From assembly GCA_963768425.1 (NCBI GenBank), contig CAVYHV010000006.1, positions 128,001 to 192,000 of the forward strand: 64,000 nucleotides of DNA, written 5' to 3'. Shown piece after piece: positions 38,971 through 49,731 of this stretch. The notes beneath the pieces are model-generated. The model saw nothing but the letters and a program-made list of their open reading frames with translations, had not been told where the DNA came from and searched no databases. Within the stretch, counting starts at the first letter, position 1; each line of letters begins with the position of its first letter. A program made the position numbers and the translations under genes. The stretch comes from Candidatus Bathyarchaeota archaeon. GTDB lineage: Archaea; Thermoproteota; Bathyarchaeia; Bathyarchaeales; Bathycorpusculaceae.

Positions 38971-41648
38971 ATGACTTTCTCTAAAAATAGAATTTTTGCT
39001 ATTGCGATTGTGTTTTGCTTAATATTCTCGATGGCGGCTTCAATAATGCTTTTGCCAAATGCCAACGCACATTATCCGCCTTTGCAAGTTCCGACGTTTT
39101 CCTTCTGCAGTGTTTCACCTAATCCTATAGGCGCAGGACAAACAGCCCGTGTCAACTTTTGGGTTGGTGAGCCACCACCTACTGCGAGCGGGCAATTTGG
39201 AGACAGATGGGGAAATCTTACTGTCGTAGTCACCAAGCCTGATGAAACCACCACAACGTTAGGTCCATTTACATCCGACGCTACTGGAGGCACATACACA
39301 ACATACACGCCTGCAACAGTTGGGAACTACACTTTCCAAATGTTCTTTGGCGGGCAAACATTAGCCGGCAATAACCTCGCTCCCGGAACTCCGACCACCG
39401 GACCAGCTGCTAACCCAGCTATTGGCGATTACTACCAACCAAGCTCCAGCAGCAAACTTACGCTAACAGTCCAACAGCAGCCTATACCATTATCAGCAGC
39501 CACAATTCCTCTTCCCACAAGCTACTGGACACGCCCCATTTACGGTGAAAACAACGAATGGGCTACGATCGCCGGTAACTGGCTTGGAACCGGCAAGACA
39601 TCTTTTGCCAACACTGGAATGTATAACAGCAGCAACAATTATAATCCATATACTACAGCGCCAACCACTGCTCATATCTTGTGGACTAAACCTGAAGCTT
39701 TTGGCGGAATAATCGGCGGCGAATATGGGACAAGTGAAACAAGTAACTTCTATTCAACCGCTCAATATGAACCTAAATTTGCCCCAATAATCATGGACGG
39801 CATACTATACTACACACAGTACCCCGGAAGTGGATCCAATCCAGAAGGTTGGGTAGCCGTGGATTTGCATACTGGTCAAACACTATGGACAAAAAACACA
39901 ACTGAAGTGTTAAGATGCGGACAAATACTAGACATGTTTACACCAAACCAATACGGTGCTCTCGCATACCTATGGAGCACGCCACTCGGATCAACAGTCG
40001 TATATGAAGGCTTTGAACCGAGTGTGGGTGGATCTTATGAAATGTGGGATGCACTGACAGGCAACTACATACTAAGCATTACAGGCGTTCCTGTTTCGTC
40101 CCAACCTGGCACAGCGGTTTCACTTACAACCGACGATCATGGCGATCTGATAGGTTACTACGTCAATTCCACTAACCCATTCGCACCCACGTTAAACTTG
40201 TGGAACTCTACTCGGTGCATCAACCTAGCTGTTCCTAACTCTTACGGCGGTCCAAATATTGCAGACAACTGGCTCTGGAGACCTCCACAAGGTGCATCCA
40301 TTCCCTTCAGTCTCGGAATACAATGGACAGAACCACTTGCTACTAACATTGCTGGCGTCCCCATAATCGATTTCGCCAATGCTCTATACGGCATTGGAAT
40401 TACTTACATCTCCAGCGGAGTAGTTTACATGTCAGAATACGCTATGGGGGGAGGACTATTTTATCAACCTGGCTGGCAAATTGAAGCCGGGTACAGTGAA
40501 AACACTGGACAACAGTTATGGATAACCAACCGCACAGAAGTGCCATACACGCTTATTTCTGCAGGCGCAGGTACATATTTTGCCGGCGACGGAGTTTACG
40601 TTGAATTCACACAAAATGCACTATCGATCAGCTGTTACAGCCTTTTTACGGGTAAACTGCTTTGGGGACCAACTGCACTTCCAGGCGCTCGAAGCTTTTG
40701 ATTCTCTCGGAGGCAACTCAGTCATCGCTAATGGCACACTATACGTATGGGCTTACGGAGGAGACGTTTACGCCTACAACATTGCGGACGGCTCACTTAA
40801 GTGGCACTATAGCACACCGAGCGGCGGCTACGAATCTCCCTACGGAACTGAACCCCTCTGGGTTTTCACTGTAGGAACGGTCGCTGGCGGTGAGCTATTC
40901 CTTCCTGAAAGGCCACATGTATAGTCCACCTCTATTTCACGGAGCCCAACAGCTTGCATTGAATACAACTAATGGCAAAGTTATCTGGAGCATCGATGCT
41001 TTCGACGTTACCAGCGGCCCCGCAATCTCGGATGGCATCGCGACCACACTCAATGCATATGATAACCAGATTTACGCGTATGGCAAGGGGCCAAGCTCCA
41101 CTTCTGTTTCGGCACCACAGATTGGCGTGACAACTGCTACACCGATAACGATAACGGGTAACGTTTTGGATATCTCTGCGGGCTCACAACAAAACGCAGT
41201 CGCTGCTAACTTCCCACATGGTCTTCCATGCGTTTCTGACGCGAGCATGAGCCAGTTTATGGAAGCTGTTTACATGCAGCAGCCAATGCCCACAAACATT
41301 ACGGGAGTTCCAGTTGTATTATACGTTTTAGACAGCAACAACAACTACAGATCCATCGGCACAACAACAACTAACGCTCAAGGCAACTACGGCTTAACCT
41401 GGACACCAGATATTCCGGGCAACTATACCATATATGCCACGTTTGCAGGGACACAATCCTACTACGGATCTTCTGCTTCCACATTCATCCATGCAAGTTC
41501 ACCCGCAGCAACTGCAGCGCCAACAGCAACTCCACTTAGCGGCATCGCAACCCAAAGCGCGCTCGAATACATAGGCATCGCAATCATTATCGTCATAGTC
41601 ATAATCGGCGTTGTAATCATGCTGATGCTCAGCAGAAAACGGCCTTAA
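38971..41648 (+). pseudogene. Large anchored PQQ-like beta-propeller surface protein split by two frameshifts (about 40690 and 40910); may be sequencing errors
   Basis: Three overlapping ORFs give signal peptide, propeller repeats, DNQIYAYGKGPS, Ig-like domain, TM + RKRP. Confidence 0.8.
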
Positions 41649-41743
41649 ATAAATCGCAAAAACAAAAACTACTTCCTTTTCCTTTTTTTAGTCATTTAAG
41701 CTCTTTAAAATTTAAACGCACACAAGAACTCCAAAACAAACCT

Positions 41744-42310
41744 TCACTTCTCGATTGAATCTTTTTTCAACTCCAAAAACTTCGCGCATAAAGGTAACTC
41801 CATCAGTATTCTATCAGTGTATGTGCCGTCGAGGAATTTGATGTCATGTGATAGTTTGCCGCATTCTTTGTATCCGCATTTCTTGTAAACATGCAAAGCT
41901 CGCTGGTTTGTGGCGAAGACGGAAAGCCGCAGAATCTCAAACCCATGTTCTTTTGCAACTTTGACAAACGCTTTTGTTAGCTCTGTTCCGAAACCCAAGT
42001 TGCGATAGCAGTCGCAGATGAAAATAACGAAGTCGGCGACGTGCGAGCGTTTGTCAGGGAACGGTTGGATGCTCGCTCCCCCGACGACTTTGCCATCGAC
42101 ACTGGCTACTAAGAAAAGCATGCCTGCTTTCGTACTTCGCTCAAACCAATTTCGTTCTTCTTCGATGTCTACCTGATTGTTCATGAAGAGGAATTTGCCC
42201 TCGCGGATTACACTGTTAAGCGCTTGCACAAGCTCTGGTAAGTCGTTTTCTTCTAACCAGTCAAGCGTCGCCGTTCTTCCGTCCTTCAATTTAAACTTCT
42301 TATAAAACAT
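41744..42310 (-). CDS. GNAT N-acetyltransferase
   Basis: YRNLGFGT, N.RA..VYKKCGY. Confidence 0.9.
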   Translation of the reverse strand: MFYKKFKLKDGRTATLDWLEENDLPELVQALNSVIREGKFLFMNNQVDIEEERNWFERSTKAGMLFLVASVDGKVVGGASIQPFPDKRSHVADFVIFICDCYRNLGFGTELTKAFVKVAKEHGFEILRLSVFATNQRALHVYKKCGYKECGKLSHDIKFLDGTYTDRILMELPLCAKFLELKKDSIEK

Positions 42311-42596
42311 CCAACATCCCTGTTTTTTATGATTTGCTTGATCTTGAGGTTCAGAAACGCATTTTCAATTTTTCTTCGCATGATGAGCGATTATCGCTGA
42401 ATTCTCCTAAAAGTTTTCCGATGCGATTCAAAAAGGACTTGGAGAAATCCATTTCCTAACTTCTAATTAAGACATACATTATCTTAGTTACCACAATAAC
42501 ACCGAAAAGAATTGATGATTACTTTTTTGGCCTACAAGCTAAATTTTTTTTATCATTACTTGGCCAAGATGGCTTGACGTGTCAAATAAGGCGCGC

Positions 42597-42833
42597 TCAC
42601 CATACTATCTGGTTTATTTCCAGTTGTCTGCGTATGACTTGGAATGGTATGTCCCAGCCGGTCAGATGATAGATTAATTCCTTAAAGTCTGGTATATCCA
42701 ATTTCGTTTTCTCTTGCTCTTTGATTGTTGTGTAGATTGTAGATATTGGAAACGCTTCTGCGTTGGGCAAAGAGTTTCTCACTTTCTTTGCTAGACACGC
42801 TAATTCTTCAATTTGCATTTTTTCTTCCTTCAA
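42597..42833 (-). CDS. Hypothetical protein
   Basis: 78-aa ORF, no motif recognised. Confidence 0.45.
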   Translation of the reverse strand: MKEEKMQIEELACLAKKVRNSLPNAEAFPISTIYTTIKEQEKTKLDIPDFKELIYHLTGWDIPFQVIRRQLEINQIVW

Positions 42834-43388
42834 ATGGTGGTTGCCGTTTCTTACTGAATCTTCTTATCGCATGACTTATTATATAGCTTCTTGAAAAACT
42901 TGACAACGTTGATTGTCAATTTTAGCGAAGGTTTGCAAAGTCAACTTAACAAAGGTTGTGAAGTCTAGTAAACTTGCTATTGTGCACAAAGGGATTCAAC
43001 GATCGCTATCAAAAAGTAAACATTAACATTTACGTAGTTACTGCTTTTTGCGACTGACTGAGTCTTGGCTTGTATGCGACTAACGTTCGTGTCGTTTTGA
43101 GCTAAGCCAACAGGAATAGCAACAACTCCCAAGAAACTTGAGACGAATAATGCGAGAACAAGAAAGTGAGAAACCTATACTTGGACTATCCACACTTATT
43201 CAAGGAATGCGTTAGCAATAAAACGCTACTCAAAAAAATCTCTTGACCGAGTTTAGTCAAAGTTTTTTTTTGACTAAGAATTTGTTCATTTCTGAGCTGT
43301 GCAGATTAAAGACTTAACGTGCTTTCCAAAAATCAAAAAAAGAATTTAGTTCTTAACAATTCATTGGGTTCTGCTGTTGTTTCTGTTG

Positions 43389-43520
43389 TCATTGTTCTGC
43401 TTTCTTGAAGTATTGGTCTAATGCGTCGTTTATTATGCAGGATAAGTCGCCTCTGTTAAGCACTTTTTCTCTTAATCGTTTTTGGTTTTCATGGCTTACG
43501 GTGAACGTTAATTTTGGCAT
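43389..43520 (-). CDS. 43-aa ribbon-helix-helix (CopG-like) microprotein
   Basis: GGAGTG upstream; MPKLTFTVSHENQKRLREKVLNRGDLSCIINDALDQYFKKAEQ. Confidence 0.7.
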   Translation of the reverse strand: MPKLTFTVSHENQKRLREKVLNRGDLSCIINDALDQYFKKAEQ

Positions 43521-43669
43521 TTTGTCTTTTCACACTCCATTTTTGTCTTAATGGTATAAGTGGATATGTTACTTATCAGTTTTTAGACGATAAAAGTAAG
43601 TGCATTGAAAACTTGCCATGATAAGAACTGTTCTATCTTTCGATGTAATTAGAAACAAGAAAGAAGCAC

Positions 43670-43969
43670 TTAACGGGGGACCCTACCAACAATAGCCTTA
43701 TAGTAGACTTGCTCTCCTGTCCGCTGTTTTATCGTTTTTGCTTCTACGGTTCCATCCTCGATTAATTTATCCAATGCGTCTTGAATAGAAAAAGCTCCAA
43801 TGATGTTTATCAAATTTAGGTCATTACTATATCCTATACCACTAACAATCTCGCCATAGTTGACAGGGTACACATTTCTTTTCAGAAAAGCAAGAATTTG
43901 ACCCTCAATTGTATCCGCTATTCTACCATTATCCCATTCTTCGTTACTAATTGGCATTTTTAATCCCAA
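43670..43969 (-). CDS. Winged-helix-like hypothetical protein
   Basis: MPIS.EEW..G, ILAFL, AL..L...G.VEAK...YY. Confidence 0.7.
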   Translation of the reverse strand: MGLKMPISNEEWDNGRIADTIEGQILAFLKRNVYPVNYGEIVSGIGYSNDLNLINIIGAFSIQDALDKLIEDGTVEAKTIKQRTGEQVYYKAIVGRVPR

Positions 43970-44063
43970 TACCTTTTAGGCTTTTGAGAATTAAATTTAG
44001 TAACTTTACGGAATAGAAAGTAGCTTTAACTTTTTTCGAGAGTTTCACTAGCGCGCTGGCCTA

Positions 44064-44351
44064 TTACACTACGCATTCAGAAATCTGTGGGTGCCTGCTT
44101 AATTCATCCAGAGACTTGTTTAGCAATATGTTGTCTCCAACGCTAGCGACTAAAGCGATGGGCAAGCATACAGTTGAGCTTCTGAATCTTTTTTTGAATC
44201 CAAGGTCCTCGGACGCTGGTTTGGACAACTTTACATGCAAATGGGTTACTTGCCAATTGTTAGTGTCTATGTCTGCCCCTCTAATCTCGCCAAGATCAAA
44301 TCCACCCGCACAGATAACAAACATTCCATCAAGTTTATCAGTACTAACCAA
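44064..44351 (-). CDS. PRC-barrel domain protein
   Basis: L.GM.VI...G..LGEI....ID...W.V..L, V.SVGD.ILL. Confidence 0.82.
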   Translation of the reverse strand: MVSTDKLDGMFVICAGGFDLGEIRGADIDTNNWQVTHLHVKLSKPASEDLGFKKRFRSSTVCLPIALVASVGDNILLNKSLDELSRHPQISECVV

Positions 44352-44585
44352 AACAAATCACCATAATATCGTACCAAAATCAAAGATATAATTCTTCCTT
44401 AACTATACGCTGAGTTCCAAAATATTGAAGGTTCTACACTTTGCAGATTTAAGAATTATTCTTTGTATGTTTGTTTGTCGGTGTATTGTGTTGTGTCGTG
44501 TCGTTGTAGTTGTTGTTGTAGGTGTTTTGGGAGGGTGTATGAGTAGAAGAGAGGTGGTTAGTTGTGAGTTTTAGGATGGGAAAAA

Positions 44586-44600
44586 GATTAAAATTTAATC
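44586..44600. repeat. Palindrome GATTAAAATTTAATC, copy 1
   Basis: Extends to 21 bp (44583..44603); identical core at 61754..61768. Confidence 0.8.
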
Positions 44601-44742
44601 TTTCTCTCTCTCTGCCAAACTAAAACGGTACATTCAAGGGTTAGGAACTTCGTCGCTATTTAGAGTAGATAAGTCTTAAATATGAGCGAGAGAGAGAAAG
44701 CGCGCGGGAAGCCTTTTATCGAAAACCAGTTCTAGAGTAATT

Positions 44743-45306
44743 ATGAATTGCTGCGGTAAGTTTTTTGCTTTTTTGTTTGCGTTTGTCTTTCTTGCTTCTT
44801 TAGTTATGTTGCCGGCTGGGAGCGTTAACGCGGATCCAAGTGAACTCCTTGCTTTCTCTTCTGGACTTACTCTTTATTCACCGGTCAACACGACTTATAG
44901 TTCTAATGTAGTGGAATGTAACGGCACGTTTGTTGGCCCGATCGATTACGAACTTACCTTGAATTATAGTGTTGACGGAAACTATCAAGGCAACTTACCT
45001 TGGGTACTTAATCAGAATTCCACGAACTCTGCGACTTATATGGTGGATTGGTCCTTTCAGTTGCCTAAACTATCGAAAGGGGCACATCAGTTAAGCGTTG
45101 GAATCGAGCAACAACTCTTTAGCAATGGCTATACAGTGGTCAAGCAAGACACATATGTGGATACGGTTTATTTCACGGTAAATCCAAGTCAACCGACCCT
45201 GAGTGCTTTGGAGGTTTCTTTGTTGGCTATTTCGGTTTTGATAGTTGCCCTGCTTGCTGTTGCCGTGTATTTGAGGCATCGAAAAACCGCTAACTTGAAA
45301 CAATGA
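44743..45306 (+). CDS. Anchored Ig-like surface protein
   Basis: Signal peptide, SPVNTTY, YSVDG, L..G.H.L.V, TM + RHRK. Confidence 0.8.
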   Translation: MNCCGKFFAFLFAFVFLASLVMLPAGSVNADPSELLAFSSGLTLYSPVNTTYSSNVVECNGTFVGPIDYELTLNYSVDGNYQGNLPWVLNQNSTNSATYMVDWSFQLPKLSKGAHQLSVGIEQQLFSNGYTVVKQDTYVDTVYFTVNPSQPTLSALEVSLLAISVLIVALLAVAVYLRHRKTANLKQ

Positions 45307-45940
45307 CCTTTTCCCACGGCTGGCTGGGTGTAACCACCCTCTGTCTGTTAGTCCAGAAAGTTTGACTAAAGTCAGTCAAGACGGGATGTAAAGGCTTTTT
45401 CTGATTAGACCTCCGATAAGCCGTGTGATATCGGAGGCGTTGGAGAATGGGTGAGGTAGTGGTTGGGTTGGACGTTCACTTGAAGAATACTCAAGTGACC
45501 GTCATGAAGTTAAGTGGAGAGGTTGTTAAGAAAGAGAGGATTAGGACTTGTAAGACTGAGCTTCGCAGGTCCTTGGAGGATGTTCCGCATGGTAGCAGAG
45601 TTGCGTTGGAGTCTGTTGGTTTCTGTTGGCCTTGGATCGATTTTCTTGATGAATTGAAGTTTACGCCGTTGCTTGCAAACCCGTTGAGAGTGAAGCTTAG
45701 GGCAGAAGATGTTAAGAATGATAAGGTAGATAGCAAAACGTTGGCTGATTTGACGAGGATGAATTAGTTGCCGACTTGTTATGTTCCCAGCAGTGAGATG
45801 CGTTGGCTTCGTAGCTTGCTTAGGCATCGAGCTTTCACCCTGCCATTTCTTTCTCCCAGATGAATTAAGGGATTCGTTCAAGGATAAGCCTGTCAGCATT
45901 TTGGGTTTGGTGGGGTTTAGAGGGGCTGGCAAGCGGTCAT
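45307..45940 (+). mobile_element. Truncated IS110-family element with structured non-coding left end; boundaries approximate
   Basis: Transposase remnant plus about 140 nt of hairpin-rich leader. Confidence 0.75.
45447..45863 (+). pseudogene. IS110 DEDD transposase N-terminal fragment with in-frame TAG at 45765..45767
   Basis: VGLDVH, ALES, ANP, KNDKVDS; homology continues past the stop (LPTCYVPSSEMRWLRSLLRHR) and then ends. Confidence 0.88.
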
Positions 45941-46213
45941 CGAAAAGAGTTTAATTCTTTATTCAAAAACCGTTCTAATGCTTATCGGATATGGATTGAT
46001 ACCCACCTGCAGAACTGCACTTGCCCAACAAGCGTTGGAATTAGTGAACATTTCATGATCACCTGCAGAAAAAATTTTGCTTAGAAATGAATTTAAAAAA
46101 AAACGACGTGCTTGACGTAAACACGCTATCTACTTGCCAACCAAAAACAACGATGAATATTGCGAAAAAGTTATAGCTGAACAGAAATAGACAGATAGAT
46201 TCAGTGGTTAGAT

Positions 46214-46750
46214 TTGCTTAAAGGCATTCATGTAAATTTGAGGGCAATGGATAAAGAGGATTTGCCCTTTTATACAGAATGGGTTAACAAGCCTGAGTTC
46301 TTTGGTGAATTCAACGGTTTAATGCAGTTTTCCAAATCAGAGGCAGAAAAAAAACTTGAGAATCAATGTGAAATGAAGTATTTCGTTGTGGAGAAAAAAG
46401 ACGGCGGCAAAATAGGGTTGATATTTCATTTCTGTGTTTTGCACCCAGCTGGTAGGCAACTTGAAATCGGCTATGCTTTAGTTCCGAGCGAACGAGGGAA
46501 GGGCTATGGCACCGAAGCTATCCGAATTATTGTTGATTACCTGTTTCTGTCGAAAGACACTCCACGTATTCAAGCATGTACGGATACTCGCAATCTGGCT
46601 TCCCAGAAGACTTTAGAGAAAGTAGGTTTCAAAAAAGAAGGAGTGACGAGAAAGAATTTCTTCACTAGAGGAAAATGGACTGACGACTGCCTTTATGCCA
46701 TTCTTAGGGACGAATGGAACGAACCAAATGTACTGACGAAGATTTCGTGA
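46214..46750 (+). CDS. RimJ/RimL-type GNAT acetyltransferase
   Basis: EIGY, RGKGYGTEA, N.ASQK.LEKVGFKKEG. Confidence 0.92.
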   Translation: MLKGIHVNLRAMDKEDLPFYTEWVNKPEFFGEFNGLMQFSKSEAEKKLENQCEMKYFVVEKKDGGKIGLIFHFCVLHPAGRQLEIGYALVPSERGKGYGTEAIRIIVDYLFLSKDTPRIQACTDTRNLASQKTLEKVGFKKEGVTRKNFFTRGKWTDDCLYAILRDEWNEPNVLTKIS

Positions 46751-47022
46751 GAAATCAAAAATTAATCTTAGCACGTTGAATGGATTCTTTTTTGCTCTTG
46801 CCCCGCACATAAGACGTTGTTAAAAGCTTGGCACAAACGCAGAAAAAGCGCGCCAATAAATCTCTTTATTTCCAGTTTTAAAACTCATTTCTTGATTCTG
46901 AATGCAAGTTTCCAATGGATTAAGCAGCTGGAAACAGCAAAAGCTTATAAAAAAACAAGCTATCTTTATTTTACGCAGTGGAAAGACCACCTGTGAAACT
47001 GGAGAATCTTGAGGCAACACGG

Positions 47023-47298
47023 ATGAGACGATCAAAACTAGAAACGTACATTGACATCCTCAACGCATTGGCGCGCTTAGGTCCATTGAAGATGACCCAT
47101 ATAATGCACAAAGCTAACGTCAACTGCAACATGCTCAGAGGACACCTGGACTTCCTAATCAAACAGGGACTAGTCGAAGAACGAACCATCAAAAGAAGCC
47201 ACGCAGTTTTTGCAGTCACGCAACGAGGTATGACTATACTGAAGCATTTCCGGGAACTCGCCCAAGTGGCGTCCATTATAGAAGAAGCCCAAAGTTAA
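47023..47298 (+). CDS. Archaeal winged-helix transcription regulator
   Basis: RRSKLE.YIDIL, T.IM.KANVN, L.FLIKQGLV, T.RG. Confidence 0.85.
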   Translation: MRRSKLETYIDILNALARLGPLKMTHIMHKANVNCNMLRGHLDFLIKQGLVEERTIKRSHAVFAVTQRGMTILKHFRELAQVASIIEEAQS

Positions 47299-47752
47299 AA
47301 CCCAAACTTACCTCTCATTAACCTTTTGAAAAGATATTTAGACATTTTATCTTTCATAACAATTCTGGTTGGTAATCGTATTTTTATTGTTTTATGAAAA
47401 GAGTCGAAAGACACAGCCTTGATCAAAAAGTGCCCTTTTCATAGCGTTGGCTTCTAGAAAAAGTCATTTAGGCTCGCCCTCGGTGTCTAGATTTTTGGTT
47501 TGGGAGGTGTTGCATGTACCTCTCTTCCTTTATACCCTCTGATATTGGGGGGCGTTGAAGAATTTAGGCGGGGAGGTTAGAGTTTGCGGAAGTGCGTGAA
47601 GATGGCGAACCATCCAGCAGTTCCCTCTGAACCTGCCCAATCAAGCAAACGGTTTACTTTTTTTAAACCTTGTGTATTCAAGATACATAAAAATCGCCGA
47701 AGTGCAAGCTTGCTCGATCACTCACTTCTGGGATGCGTCGATTATTCTCAGA

Positions 47753-47987
47753 ATTGGCGGTTATATTGCGTTGGTTGGACTTTGGGCAGCTCCTATATCT
47801 GGAGCATCAATGAACCCAGCGCGCTCGTTTGCCCCTGATCTTTTTTCTTCTTAGCTTCAATACCTACAATGTATATTTGGTAGGACCCATAGTAGGGGGT
47901 TTGCTTGCGGTGTTTTTCGCTTATCTTCTGCGTGGACACGGCAGAAACGAAGCAGTGATTGAAGCTGCACAAGGTGACTTAAAATAA
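47753..47987 (+). pseudogene. Aquaporin (MIP) C-terminal fragment with a frameshift
   Basis: ISGASMNPARSFAP, then in a shifted frame VYLVGPIVGGLLA; first NPA half absent. Confidence 0.8.
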
Positions 47988-48052
47988 CTGGACAATAGAG
48001 ACTAACTATTGCCCAAGAATGATAATAGTAAATAAAAAAGGAGGTTTGAAGA

Positions 48053-49465
48053 ATCATCGAGCCCACTCAGCCAAATATAAGTTTTAGTCGCCAGGACCGT
48101 TGGCAAAAAGGGAAAGAACTAAGTTTCAAGATTCCATGGAAGAGCCACAGTGAATGGAAACGCCCAAGTAATCTTCAAGACCCCATTAGCCTAATTCAAG
48201 AGCATGACAAAGATCGATTATCTTTTTTGCTACCTATTAAATATGGGCGTATGGCGACTTCAGCTTTTGCCTTTCTAAGGGGCTCAGCGGCTGTCATGGC
48301 GGCTGATCTTACTAGTACACCGGTCACTGGCATCAGAACAATGTTGAGTGGCGATGCGCATTTGTCCAACTTTGGCATCTTTGCGTCGCCTGAGCGCAAA
48401 CTAATCTTTGACGTGAACGATTTTGATGAATGTTACCCAGGTCCGTGGGAATGGGATCTAAAACGGTTGGCTGCCAGTGCAGTTGTTGCAGGGCGGGATA
48501 GCGGGTTTAAGCTTGAAGATAGTCTTGAACTAGCCAAACATGTTGCTAAAAAGTATCGCAAAGCAATTACAAAATTTGCAGGTATGCTTACGTTAGATTT
48601 GTGGTATTGCTATGTTGATGCTGAGAGGCTCTTGAAAGCATTTAGTAATTCGAAGAAAGAGTCGAAAATTATGAAAAAAGTCATCAAGAAGGCCCGTGCC
48701 AGCACAGAGGAACAATCGCTTGAGAAGTTCACCGAAATCGTAGGTGGTCAACGACGATTTGTTAATAATCCACCGTTGATGGTTCGTTTAACAGACGTTC
48801 CTGAAAGCAATGCTGTGGCAGAGAAGGTTGAAGTGGTAAGAAACGATCTTGAAAAAGCCTGGCTTGAGTATGTCAGCAGCGTCGAAATAAGTCGTCGCGA
48901 GCTACTGAGTCGTTACCACATCATTGATGTCGCTTTAAGAGTTGTCGGCGTGGGCAGCGTGGGAACAAGATGCTTCGTAGCTTTGCTGGAAGCCAACTCT
49001 ATTGATGATGAAATTGTGCTGCAGCAAAAGGAAGCTGAAACTTCAGTGTTAGAACCCTACTTACCGCAACTAGAATTTGCCAATCATGCAGACCGTGTGG
49101 TTATAGGACAGCAGTTGATGCAGTCGGCAAGCGATGCCTTTTTGGGATGGAGCCGCGGTTTCGCTTCATCCGGACGCGATTATTATTGGCGACAGCTAAG
49201 AGATATGAAAGGATCTGTCGATGTTTCTCTGTTGGGCCTGAAAGGTTTTAAGGATTATCTTGCGCGTTGTAGCTACTGTTTAGCCCTAGGTCATGCGCGT
49301 TCAGGAGATGTCGTTGGGATTTCAGGATACCTGGACAGGGGCAAACCATTCGACGAAGCGATTGCAAACTTTAGCGTTTCCTACGCAAAACAAACGGAGC
49401 AGGATTATCGTGCTCTAGTGGATGCGATCAAGACTGGACGTATTATTGCTCAGAAAGGCATTTGA
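48053..49465 (+). CDS. DUF2252 family (kinase-like fold) protein; start probably ATC at 48053
   Basis: YGRM..SAFAFLRGSA, GDAHLSNFG, FDVNDFDE, VVGVGSVGTR, RQLRDMKGS. Confidence 0.88.
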   Translation: MIEPTQPNISFSRQDRWQKGKELSFKIPWKSHSEWKRPSNLQDPISLIQEHDKDRLSFLLPIKYGRMATSAFAFLRGSAAVMAADLTSTPVTGIRTMLSGDAHLSNFGIFASPERKLIFDVNDFDECYPGPWEWDLKRLAASAVVAGRDSGFKLEDSLELAKHVAKKYRKAITKFAGMLTLDLWYCYVDAERLLKAFSNSKKESKIMKKVIKKARASTEEQSLEKFTEIVGGQRRFVNNPPLMVRLTDVPESNAVAEKVEVVRNDLEKAWLEYVSSVEISRRELLSRYHIIDVALRVVGVGSVGTRCFVALLEANSIDDEIVLQQKEAETSVLEPYLPQLEFANHADRVVIGQQLMQSASDAFLGWSRGFASSGRDYYWRQLRDMKGSVDVSLLGLKGFKDYLARCSYCLALGHARSGDVVGISGYLDRGKPFDEAIANFSVSYAKQTEQDYRALVDAIKTGRIIAQKGI

Positions 49466-49731
49466 TTAAGGTCAACAGTAATCTTAGCCCGTCGTTGTTA
49501 CCGCTGCCCTTTGGGTTCAAGACTCATCTACAGCGTCGAGCTCCATTTTTTGCTAAATCATATAACTTCATTTCAAACGAGGACTCAAACTACCCTTGCC
49601 TCTTTGGACAGCCCTTCTCACCTCTTAACTTTGAAATGAGTCCATCTGCATCATTCTTGTGTGTTGAGGTCACGATCAAGAAAACTTGAATAACTAAATA
49701 TTCGGCGTTAGAGTAGTTTTGTAGGAATCAA

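Noticed and set aside
42574-45379. Recurring TTGAC-Nx-GTCAA palindromes
   Set aside because: Spacers vary (2, 10, 8, 8 nt); compatible with chance in AT-rich DNA
45765-45767. Pyrrolysine or read-through at the in-frame TAG of the IS110 transposase
   Set aside because: The gene is truncated shortly afterwards anyway; a nonsense mutation in a dead element is simpler
41700-47400. Integron cassette array
   Set aside because: Mixed gene orientations, no RYYYAAC...GTTRRRY attC folds recognised, no IntI
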